In this document: in pieces, positions 1 through 7,538 of the stretch
Layout of the letters: every line of letters begins with the position of its first letter
Position numbering within the stretch: position 1 is the first letter of the stretch
Assembly: GCA_900769875.1 (NCBI GenBank)
Contig: CAAGII010000016.1
Coordinates: forward strand, 14,795 to 78,794
Direction: 5' to 3'
Origin: Clostridia bacterium
Lineage (GTDB): Bacteria; Bacillota; Clostridia; Christensenellales; Aristaeellaceae
DNA length: 64,000 bases
The notes under the pieces: generated by a model
What the model was told of the DNA's origin: nothing
What the model saw: only the letters and a program-made list of their open reading frames with translations
Database searches by the model: none
Made by a program: the position numbers and the translations under genes

Positions 1-844
1 TGTTGTCGTTCTTCATGAAGAAGTCGATGATGGTGTAGATGCAGTTGACCAGCAGCAGCGGGCTGACCATGGGGAAGGTGATCTTCCAGAAGGATTCCCA
101 CGCCGTGCAGCCTTCGACGTCCGCCGCCTCATAAAGGCTGCGGGGCACGGACTGGAGTCCGCCAAGGAATACGATGATCTGGATGCCGGACGCCATGACG
201 ATGTCGTAGATGGAGTCAATCAGCATAAAGAGGACGTCGAAGAAATCGTTCATCACGCCGGATACGCGCAGGAGGCTCTGCAGCGCCGCGGAGATGTTGA
301 CGCCGGAAGAGTTCGCAATATCCTCGGAGATGCCCTGCATCATGTTGTAGAACTCATTCTGCGACTCAATGCCCGGGAGCACGCCGCTGGACAGGATGAC
401 CGGCAGGAAGAAGATGGCGCGCGCAAGGGTGCGACCTTTGAACTCCTGATTGAGGATGACTGCCACCACAAAGCTGATGACCAGCGTTGCGAAGGTGTTG
501 AGAACCATTCGGGAGATCTCTTCCATCAGCCTCTGGTTGAAGTAGGGATCGACCTGCAGGGCGTAACGGTAGTTGTCAAACCCGATGAATTTCTTGTTGT
601 AGCCCGCGCCGGGAACCATCTCCACTTGGCACAGACTCATCACGAAGGATTCCATCAGCGGTCGGAGCATGAACACCAGAAAGCCGATGATGAAGGGCAG
701 AATGAACATGTAGCCTGTTCTTGCTCTGCGGGCAGGCATGGTGGCATAGTACTTGGTGCCCGGGATGAAGGTGGAGAACCCGTCCGCGATCTTCTGATAC
801 CATGGAGCCTTGGGCGGCTGCCAGGTTTGCTGCTTTTTGATCAT
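1..844 (-). CDS. carbohydrate ABC transporter permease (MalF/BPD_transp_1 type); 3' end runs off the window
   Basis: It is absent from the ORF track because no stop lies inside the window. My minus-strand translation from ATG 844 reads MIKKQQTWQPPKAPWYQKIAD...FILPFIIGFLVFMLRPL. In the same frame it continues to LYEAADVEGCTAWESFWKITFPMVSPLL, the EAA loop of sugar permeases. An ATGA start/stop overlap with the upstream gene lies at 841-844. Confidence 0.8.
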   Translation of the reverse strand, partial: MIKKQQTWQPPKAPWYQKIADGFSTFIPGTKYYATMPARRARTGYMFILPFIIGFLVFMLRPLMESFVMSLCQVEMVPGAGYNKKFIGFDNYRYALQVDPYFNQRLMEEISRMVLNTFATLVISFVVAVILNQEFKGRTLARAIFFLPVILSSGVLPGIESQNEFYNMMQGISEDIANSSGVNISAALQSLLRVSGVMNDFFDVLFMLIDSIYDIVMASGIQIIVFLGGLQSVPRSLYEAADVEGCTAWESFWKITFPMVSPLLLVNCIYTIIDFFMKNDN

Positions 845-3435
845 TCCGCCTTACCTCCTTTCACGAAATAGCTGCGGGGCTCAACCGTGAACCCATCGGC
901 CTCATAGGGCATGGATGTGTAGTTCACGTACACCTCGGCGCCGTTCTCATAGCGGGTCACGGTCACGCTGTCCTTAAGGTACGCGTGCCCCACGATGCGC
1001 TGGCTGTTCAGACCCGCCATATCCTGCTGGTAGCGCCTGTAGATTGCGGCAGCCTTGTCAGCCCAGTCGGCATAGCCTGCGCCGTAGAGGTAGGAATGCT
1101 CGCTGTCCTGCACCACCTTGCCGTCCTCCATCATGAAGGTGAAGGACAATCCCGCGCCATACTCGGCGCAGCGCAGCAGCTCGGTCTCGTAGTCGTTGGC
1201 AAGGTTGATGGGCATGGAGGTGTATTCCTTCATGCCGTGGATGGCAATCTGGTAGAAGGGCACGCTGCCGTCAAGCAGGGAGTACGGGAGACCCTTGAAG
1301 TCCATGTCCGTCACAAGATCCGCGTAGGGCATCGCGTATGCGTTGCCGCGCTTGATCTTCACCTTCAGTCCCGCTTCGGCGGCTTCCTGCATGGACTGCA
1401 CGTTCATCCGCAGCACTTCCTCGCGGGTCACGGTATCCTTCTGGTTGTAGTTGGCGCTGAGCAGATAGCCGATGTCGCGGAACGCCACGCCGCAGGCCTG
1501 CTTGTCCTTGAGCGCGCTGATGAGGTTATCGGTCATCCGCTGGGCATACTGCGGGCGCACCAGATAGTACGGATCGCGGAACTTCGCCTGACGGTAGGTG
1601 ATCTCATAGAAGGGATACAGCTTCACCTGCTCGCGGGTCGTCAGACGCGCCGCGTCACCAAAGCCGAAGAAGCCCTGCAGAATCCCGCTGTCGTACGCGA
1701 AGGTGGAGATACCGTCGAAGTACAGCGGTACGCCGCTCTTGTCCGCAGCGGCGATCAGCTTGTTCATGCCGCTGCTGCCGCCCAGCTGCCGCTGCGCCTT
1801 GACGCGCGTGAGCACCTTCTGGGTAATGCCGCCGTTGGCCCAGCCGCTCATGGTCACGCTCAGGTTTTTCGCCGCGTTCTTGCCGGTCAGATCGCCAAGA
1901 ATTGTCTGCGCCTCCTCGAAGGTCGTCACAGGCACGATCGATTCCAGCGGCAGACCCAGCTTCTCGACGATTTTGTCAATCGCGCCGACCAGCTCGACAT
2001 GCAGCGGCATATCGTCCGCCACGGTCGCCCCGCGCAATTCGGGATAGGTCGCGCACAGATAATCGCCATAGGCGGCCGCCATATCCACATAATTGGCGCT
2101 GTCAATGAAGCGGTAGCGCTGCGTAATCACAGCGTCGGGCACCTGCGCCTCATACATGTACACCAGCTGCGCCGTTTTGGCGGAGATGTTGTACTGGTCG
2201 CTGTGGATGATGGTGTGGCGGGAGCGTACGGTGTTGTAGCTGTTGTTGCGTCCGCTGATATCCGCCATCACGGACGCCCAGCTGCTCCCCTCCTCCAGAA
2301 TGCAGATGAAGGAAGCGTTCTGCTCCTCGCGCGTCATGCCGAATACCGGGAAGTCCGCGCGGGTCTCGGTAATGGCTTCCACACGGTCGGAGCCGTAGTC
2401 CCAGCCGTAGAGGTTGGCGTAGTAGGCATTCTGGGCAAGCTTGCCGTTGTTGTAGCGAATCAGCGAGCCGCCGCCCTCAGGCACGAGCATGCTGCCGGTG
2501 TCGCTTGTGCCCGCCGCGCCGAACATGGGCAGGATGGACAGATACTTGATGGGATAATCAGCATAGTAGCGGATGGAGGAGGTCGGCACCTCGACCACCA
2601 GGTCGCTGCCGTCCAGACGGTAAATCACGCTGACATTGTAGACGGCGGAGACCTTTGTCTTGCTGCCGGCTACCAGCTGCTGATCAATTTGGAAATCCTC
2701 CTGAGTGTAGCCGCCCTCCTTGACGAAGTAGTCCTGAAGCTTGGCCTTGTTGTTCTCGGAGGTATCGGCCTTGAGGATGTACAGCGCCTGATTCACCACC
2801 TCGGGATACATGGCGATGATTTCATCCTTGTTGGCCTTGGATTCAAGCTTAGCCGGCTCGTAGAGGGTGTAATTGCTCTTGACCTTCTTGGCGGTCTTGG
2901 AGCCCATCTTGTCCATGAAGGCGGTGAAGCGCTCCACCGTGATGGCTGTGGGGATGGTGTACACCTTTTCCACACGGCCGACCGTGTAATCCACGCGGAT
3001 GGAGCCGTCCTCCTGAGGCGCGACGTTGTACACGCCCTCCTCCACGGAATACTGCCAGTTGTTGAGGTCGACCGTGCCGCTGCTGGTCGCGTAGGTGACC
3101 GTCAGCGTGGATTCCAGCGCGCTCTTGTTGGAGGCAAGCGCAATGGGATCGCGAGATGCGTCCGCAGGGTTGGACAGCCATTGGTAGCCGGACTTCTTGT
3201 CCAGCACCGTGAAATGCGTGGTGGTGGGATCAAGCTCGAAACGGAGGCTGTCGTTCTCCATCACCATGGGCTTGGTGCTGCTCTCGAAGTAGGAGACCAC
3301 GGGCGGGTTGACATGCTCTTCCTCATCGCCTGACAGCAGCAGCTTGCCGCCAAAGTAGAAAACGGCAGCGAGCACACCCAGCACAACCACCCATCGGAGC
3401 AGCCGGACGACGAAGTTTTTGATCTTCTTGTTCAT
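841..3435 (-). CDS. 864-aa membrane-anchored extracytoplasmic protein of unknown function (possibly DUF5696-type, common next to Yip1 and sugar ABC genes)
   Basis: The ORF is intact, with AAGGAGA placed 7 nt upstream of ATG 3435. There is a single N-terminal hydrophobic helix (VVRLLRWVVVLGVLAAVFYFGG). I recognise no catalytic motif. The DUF5696 label is from memory of similar neighbourhoods and is not verified. Confidence 0.55.
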   Translation of the reverse strand: MNKKIKNFVVRLLRWVVVLGVLAAVFYFGGKLLLSGDEEEHVNPPVVSYFESSTKPMVMENDSLRFELDPTTTHFTVLDKKSGYQWLSNPADASRDPIALASNKSALESTLTVTYATSSGTVDLNNWQYSVEEGVYNVAPQEDGSIRVDYTVGRVEKVYTIPTAITVERFTAFMDKMGSKTAKKVKSNYTLYEPAKLESKANKDEIIAMYPEVVNQALYILKADTSENNKAKLQDYFVKEGGYTQEDFQIDQQLVAGSKTKVSAVYNVSVIYRLDGSDLVVEVPTSSIRYYADYPIKYLSILPMFGAAGTSDTGSMLVPEGGGSLIRYNNGKLAQNAYYANLYGWDYGSDRVEAITETRADFPVFGMTREEQNASFICILEEGSSWASVMADISGRNNSYNTVRSRHTIIHSDQYNISAKTAQLVYMYEAQVPDAVITQRYRFIDSANYVDMAAAYGDYLCATYPELRGATVADDMPLHVELVGAIDKIVEKLGLPLESIVPVTTFEEAQTILGDLTGKNAAKNLSVTMSGWANGGITQKVLTRVKAQRQLGGSSGMNKLIAAADKSGVPLYFDGISTFAYDSGILQGFFGFGDAARLTTREQVKLYPFYEITYRQAKFRDPYYLVRPQYAQRMTDNLISALKDKQACGVAFRDIGYLLSANYNQKDTVTREEVLRMNVQSMQEAAEAGLKVKIKRGNAYAMPYADLVTDMDFKGLPYSLLDGSVPFYQIAIHGMKEYTSMPINLANDYETELLRCAEYGAGLSFTFMMEDGKVVQDSEHSYLYGAGYADWADKAAAIYRRYQQDMAGLNSQRIVGHAYLKDSVTVTRYENGAEVYVNYTSMPYEADGFTVEPRSYFVKGGKAE

Positions 3436-3447
3436 CTCTATCTCTCC

Positions 3448-4134
3448 TTAGAACAGGCGGAACGCGATTTCTCGGTACAGGGATACAAAGAAGCCAATCG
3501 CGTCGCTGAGCAGGCTGAAGAACACCAGCAGCAGGAAGATAATCACTGCCGCACCGAAAATGGTCACAATCAGGAAGATGATGGTCTTGCCGGGGCCATA
3601 GTCATGCACCTGCATCAGGCCGATAAAGACCAGTCCCAGCGACCAGATGACCGACACGCTCATCAGCACCTCGTAGAAGGCCGCTTCGTCGTAGGCGATG
3701 ATGTTGCTGACCAGCACCAGCGGAAGCTGGATGATGACAAAGGGCATCAGCGCATAGCACATGGCCATGTAGATATCCTGAAAGCGTCCCTTACCGTCAA
3801 AGAGTGTGGTCATGCCCCAGTTGGCAATGCACAGAATCAGAAACGGCAGCAGCAGCGACGCGCACTGCTCAAACACATTGATGTACTGCAGCGGGGCGTT
3901 GATAAACTGGAAGTTGGTGAACATCAGCTTGACAACGCGCGTGAGCAGGAACAGAAAGAGGAAGGTATGCGCAGCCGGGAGCGAGCCGCGCTTCTCATGC
4001 ACCAGGTCCCAGAAGCCGTCAAAGGGATGGAAGATGACATAGAACACATAGCGCATCGTGTCCAGATAGCGCCGCCACCATGCCTTGCGTGCTTCTGCCT
4101 TAGTTGTCAAGCTTTTTGACGCGATTGCATTCAT
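3448..4134 (-). CDS. Yip1-domain polytopic membrane protein
   Basis: The N-terminal HPFDGFWDLVHEKRGS motif followed by 5 hydrophobic helices is typical of bacterial Yip1-family proteins. GGAGGTG lies 7 nt upstream of ATG 4134. The gene overlaps its upstream neighbour by 35 nt. Confidence 0.7.
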   Translation of the reverse strand: MNAIASKSLTTKAEARKAWWRRYLDTMRYVFYVIFHPFDGFWDLVHEKRGSLPAAHTFLFLFLLTRVVKLMFTNFQFINAPLQYINVFEQCASLLLPFLILCIANWGMTTLFDGKGRFQDIYMAMCYALMPFVIIQLPLVLVSNIIAYDEAAFYEVLMSVSVIWSLGLVFIGLMQVHDYGPGKTIIFLIVTIFGAAVIIFLLLVFFSLLSDAIGFFVSLYREIAFRLF

Positions 4135-5617
4135 GCATGTACACCTCCATCTTCATCTTTTTCCGCGCGGAGCGAACCACCAGCAGCACAATCACCGGGA
4201 TCAGCAGCAGCGCCCAGGGGAGATGCTCCTCCACCCACACCTTGCGGTAGAGGCGGTACGCCTTGCCGTAATCCTTGCGGTGGTGCGCCATCTTGAAGCA
4301 CTCCATCGCCTCCTCGAAGCGATCCTGACGCAGCAGCGTGCGTCCCACGCCCACGAAGGCAAGGTTGTAGTTGGCGTTGAGCTTGAGCACCTCGCTCCAC
4401 TTCTCGGAGGATCCGTCATAATCGCCGGCGACGTAGGCCTCGTAAGCCTCATAGATCGTCTGTCCGTAGAGGGTGGGCGTGAACACGGTCACGCTGCACT
4501 CATTGCGGTCAAGGCAGAGGAGATCATAGCCCATGTGCTCGATGGAGACCGCGCCCGTAAAGGAGCCGTCGAAGTTGCCCTTGTTGCCGAATGCCCAGAG
4601 CAGAGCGCCCTGATCGTCATAGCCGAAGATGCGGCCGCGGGTCTTGTCGAAGGCGACATAGATGCCGCCCTCAAGCACCGTGATATCCACCAGCTTGGAG
4701 GGGCCGTAATCGATGCTGCCCTCGTCCCAGTCGATATCGCCGATGGGCAGCCAGCGATCGTTCTTGATGAGGATATCGTTGCCGATGCCGTTGAGGCGAC
4801 GAATGGGCAGCGCCTTGTCGGACATCAGATCGTACTCGCTGAACACCGTGTTGGTCGCGTAGATGAAGCCCTCCTCGTCCATGTACAGGTTTTCGTACTC
4901 GGTGGGCACGAAGTTTTCCTGCTGGGCGCGCTGCTCCTTGGTGGAGAGGAAACGCTTCCAGAGGTAATCGTAGAAGGTGTAGGACACCTTGTTTGCGCCG
5001 ACAAAGCCGGTAAAGGTCGTATCCGCCTCAAACTTGATGATGCCCTTGTTCACATTGGTCGCAAGGCAGAATACGCGGCCGGAGACGTCCGTCACCAGCT
5101 TCTTGGGCAGGAACGCGAGGCTCTGGTCAAAGGTCGCGTCTCCCGGCTTGGTAAAGGACTTGATGTAGTTCAGATCCTTGTCCACCATGACGACGCGGTA
5201 GTTCTGCGTATCGGCAATGTAGAGATTGCCGTCCGCGTCCACGCTCAGGTCGCTGGGACTGTTGAGGGTCGCGGGCTCCACGCCCTTGAGCTCCCTGATT
5301 TCACGTACGAGGGTGAATACGCCCCCCTCGCGCGTCAGCTGAAGAATACGGTTGTTGCCCGTATCGCAGATGTACAGGTCATTCCCGCGCACAAACAGGC
5401 TTTCCGGCTTACGCATCGGCGTGGTCAGCCCCAGATTGGCGCTATCCAGCACACAGTCCACACGGTAAGCGTCCGGCGAATGACGGACGTCGCCCCAGTA
5501 GTCGTAATTGTATGTGGATGTTTGGGAAAAACCGTCCTCCACCGCGAACGCGCAGCCCGTGCTCATGATCGCCATGAGCAGCAGCAGCGCCACGATGGGC
5601 TTCAAAGCTCTCTTCAC
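4100..5617 (-). CDS. NHL-repeat beta-propeller lipoprotein with a C-terminal TM anchor
   Basis: There is a lipobox-like signal (LLLMAIMSTGC). NHL-like repeat strings recur (LYICDTGNNRILQL, LYIADTQNYRVVMV, IYVAFDKTRGRIFGY). A C-terminal helix is present (LPWALLLIPVIVLLVV). Confidence 0.65.
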   Translation of the reverse strand: MKRALKPIVALLLLMAIMSTGCAFAVEDGFSQTSTYNYDYWGDVRHSPDAYRVDCVLDSANLGLTTPMRKPESLFVRGNDLYICDTGNNRILQLTREGGVFTLVREIRELKGVEPATLNSPSDLSVDADGNLYIADTQNYRVVMVDKDLNYIKSFTKPGDATFDQSLAFLPKKLVTDVSGRVFCLATNVNKGIIKFEADTTFTGFVGANKVSYTFYDYLWKRFLSTKEQRAQQENFVPTEYENLYMDEEGFIYATNTVFSEYDLMSDKALPIRRLNGIGNDILIKNDRWLPIGDIDWDEGSIDYGPSKLVDITVLEGGIYVAFDKTRGRIFGYDDQGALLWAFGNKGNFDGSFTGAVSIEHMGYDLLCLDRNECSVTVFTPTLYGQTIYEAYEAYVAGDYDGSSEKWSEVLKLNANYNLAFVGVGRTLLRQDRFEEAMECFKMAHHRKDYGKAYRLYRKVWVEEHLPWALLLIPVIVLLVVRSARKKMKMEVYMHECNRVKKLDN

Positions 5618-5648
5618 GGTTCTTGTCCCTCCCTTTGTTCGTCGTTGC

Positions 5649-6596
5649 TTAGTCCTTCAGACCGGAGCTGGCCATGGTTTCGAGTATCTGGCTCTGGGAA
5701 GCGATGAAGATGATGATGGGTACCATGATCACAATCACGGTGACCGCCGCAGCCTGACCCGCGCGGGCAACGCCGCCGTTCTGAATCTGCTGCAGAGCGT
5801 ACACAAGCGTCTTTTTCGCTTCGGAGTACAGCACCGTCGAGGCCTTGGCGTTCCACAGGCTCTGCACAGAGAAGATGACCACCGTCAGCCATGCGGGCTT
5901 GACGTTGGGCATGACAATCTGCCAGAAGATGCGCATTTCGCCGGCGCCGTCGATCTTTGCCGCTTCAATCAGCGACAGGGGGATGCTTTCCATGAACTGC
6001 TTCATCAGGAACAGTCCGATGGGCGCCGCGAACGCGGGCAGAATCACAGCCCAGTGCGTATCCACGATGCCGATGCGGCTCATGATGATGTAGTTCGGGA
6101 TACCCGTTACATAGCCGTTGAACATCAGGGCGGTGACAACCACGCCAAAGAACAGCTTGCCGCCGGGGAAATCATACTTCGCCAGCACGAAGGCCGCCAT
6201 GGAGGCGATAATCACATGCCCGAGGGTGCCGACAAAGGTGATGATGATCGTATTGAAGAAGTAGCGGGAGAACGGCACCCAGCTCTGGCCCATGGTTACG
6301 AACAGGTCGGAGAAGTTGGACAGGGTGGGATGCTGCGGGAACACCGTGGGCGGGAAGCGGAACAGCTCGTCCAGCGGCTTGAGGGCGGAGGAGACGGAGA
6401 ACACCAGCGGGAACACCATCGCCACGGCGACGATGAGCAGCATGATGTAGATGCCGATGTCGCCCGCAATGGAGCGGTTGGGCTTGCGGCGGTGCGCGAT
6501 GCTGGTGGGCCGCTGCTGCCTTTCAAGGCGCCTTTGAGCCTTCAGCTCTGCCTTGTCCACCTTGGGGGCTTTGATATTGACAGTCATATTGCTCAT
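5649..6596 (-). CDS. carbohydrate ABC transporter permease (MalG type)
   Basis: It has six hydrophobic segments and the EAA loop LIEAAKIDGAGEMRIFWQIVMP. An ATGA overlap with the upstream permease lies at 6593-6596. Confidence 0.9.
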   Translation of the reverse strand: MSNMTVNIKAPKVDKAELKAQRRLERQQRPTSIAHRRKPNRSIAGDIGIYIMLLIVAVAMVFPLVFSVSSALKPLDELFRFPPTVFPQHPTLSNFSDLFVTMGQSWVPFSRYFFNTIIITFVGTLGHVIIASMAAFVLAKYDFPGGKLFFGVVVTALMFNGYVTGIPNYIIMSRIGIVDTHWAVILPAFAAPIGLFLMKQFMESIPLSLIEAAKIDGAGEMRIFWQIVMPNVKPAWLTVVIFSVQSLWNAKASTVLYSEAKKTLVYALQQIQNGGVARAGQAAAVTVIVIMVPIIIFIASQSQILETMASSGLKD

Positions 6597-7537
6597 GTGC
6601 CCACCTTCCTCAGCGCGGACTGAATCAGCTTATTGCACAGAATCATCACCAGGAACAGGAGCGTTGCAATAGCGGATGCGTAGCCCATTTCAAATCGGGA
6701 ATAACCATAGTCGAACAGGTGCGTCACCACGGTACGCGCGGCATAGTCGGTACTGGGGTAGCCTGCCAGCGCCATGGTCACATCGCACACGCCGAAGGAC
6801 TGGGTGATGGCCATCACGGCGCCGAACATCAGCATGGGCTTCATGCTGGGCAGCGTGATGAAGTACAGCTCCTGCCAGCGGTTGCGGATGCCGTCCACGT
6901 AGCCGGCCTCGTACATGGAGCGGTCAACGCCCTGCAGACCTGCGACGAAGGAGAGGAAGCCGGTGCCCATGCTCATCCACAGAATCACGAGGATACACAC
7001 GGGCAGGATGTAATCGGGGTTGGTCAGCCACAGGATGGGCGCGTCGATGAAGCCCCAGTTCAGCAGATTGGCGTTGAGGTAGCCGTAGGCGTCGCCGCGG
7101 AAGATGATGCCGAAGATATAGAAGGCGTTCGATGCGATGGACGGCGCGTAGAAGACCACCACTGCCAGCGTGCGCAGCCAGCGGGGCAACTCGTTGATGA
7201 ACCATGCGAAGATGAAGGAAAGCATGTAGCCGATCGGGCCCGTCACCACGGCGATGACGAAGGTGTTCTTCACGGCGGTCAGGAAGATTTCATCCTGCAG
7301 GATGAGGTTGATGTAGTTGGCGAAGCCCACATAGCGCGGAGGCTCCAGAATATTGTAGTAGGTAAAGCTGAAGAAGATGGAAGTGAACATCGGCAGGATG
7401 ACGAAGGTGAAGAACAGCAGCGCGTAGGGCGCAAGGAATGCGTAGCAGGTTTTCATCTTTCGGGCCTTCTGCCATGCATAGCGCGCCTGCTCGCGCTTAA
7501 TGCTTGAATACTCTTTGATCAGACTCATTCCGTTCAC
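6593..7537 (-). CDS. carbohydrate ABC transporter permease (MalF type)
   Basis: The N-terminus YAFLAPYALLFFTFVILPM is typical, and there is an EAA-like loop MYEAGYVDGIRNRWQELYFITLPSMKP. It starts 1 nt after the stop of the binding-protein gene. Confidence 0.9.
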   Translation of the reverse strand: MNGMSLIKEYSSIKREQARYAWQKARKMKTCYAFLAPYALLFFTFVILPMFTSIFFSFTYYNILEPPRYVGFANYINLILQDEIFLTAVKNTFVIAVVTGPIGYMLSFIFAWFINELPRWLRTLAVVVFYAPSIASNAFYIFGIIFRGDAYGYLNANLLNWGFIDAPILWLTNPDYILPVCILVILWMSMGTGFLSFVAGLQGVDRSMYEAGYVDGIRNRWQELYFITLPSMKPMLMFGAVMAITQSFGVCDVTMALAGYPSTDYAARTVVTHLFDYGYSRFEMGYASAIATLLFLVMILCNKLIQSALRKVGT

Positions 7538-7538
7538 C

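Noticed and set aside
985-3333. Long antisense ORFs appear throughout the window. Examples: 985-3333 (+), 4085-5707 (+), 7500-10025 (+), 11346-12983 (+), 18552-19832 (+), 22162-23430 (-), 26385-27821 (+), 29353-31125 (+), 31088-32731 (+), 38605-40266 (+), 45843-47135 (-), 47003-48463 (-), 50785-51888 (-) and 60806-62419 (+).
   Set aside because: Each lies opposite a gene with clear domain signatures. Each has a biased Arg/His/Gly/Ala composition and lacks a Shine-Dalgarno context. I treat them as GC-driven artefacts.
4100-4134. The 35-nt overlap between the NHL-propeller gene and the Yip1 gene was considered a possible frameshift or mis-called start.
   Set aside because: Both ORFs are intact, and ATG 4134 has a strong GGAGGTG 7 nt upstream. 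A genuine overlap is more likely. An alternative start at ATG 4056 cannot be excluded.
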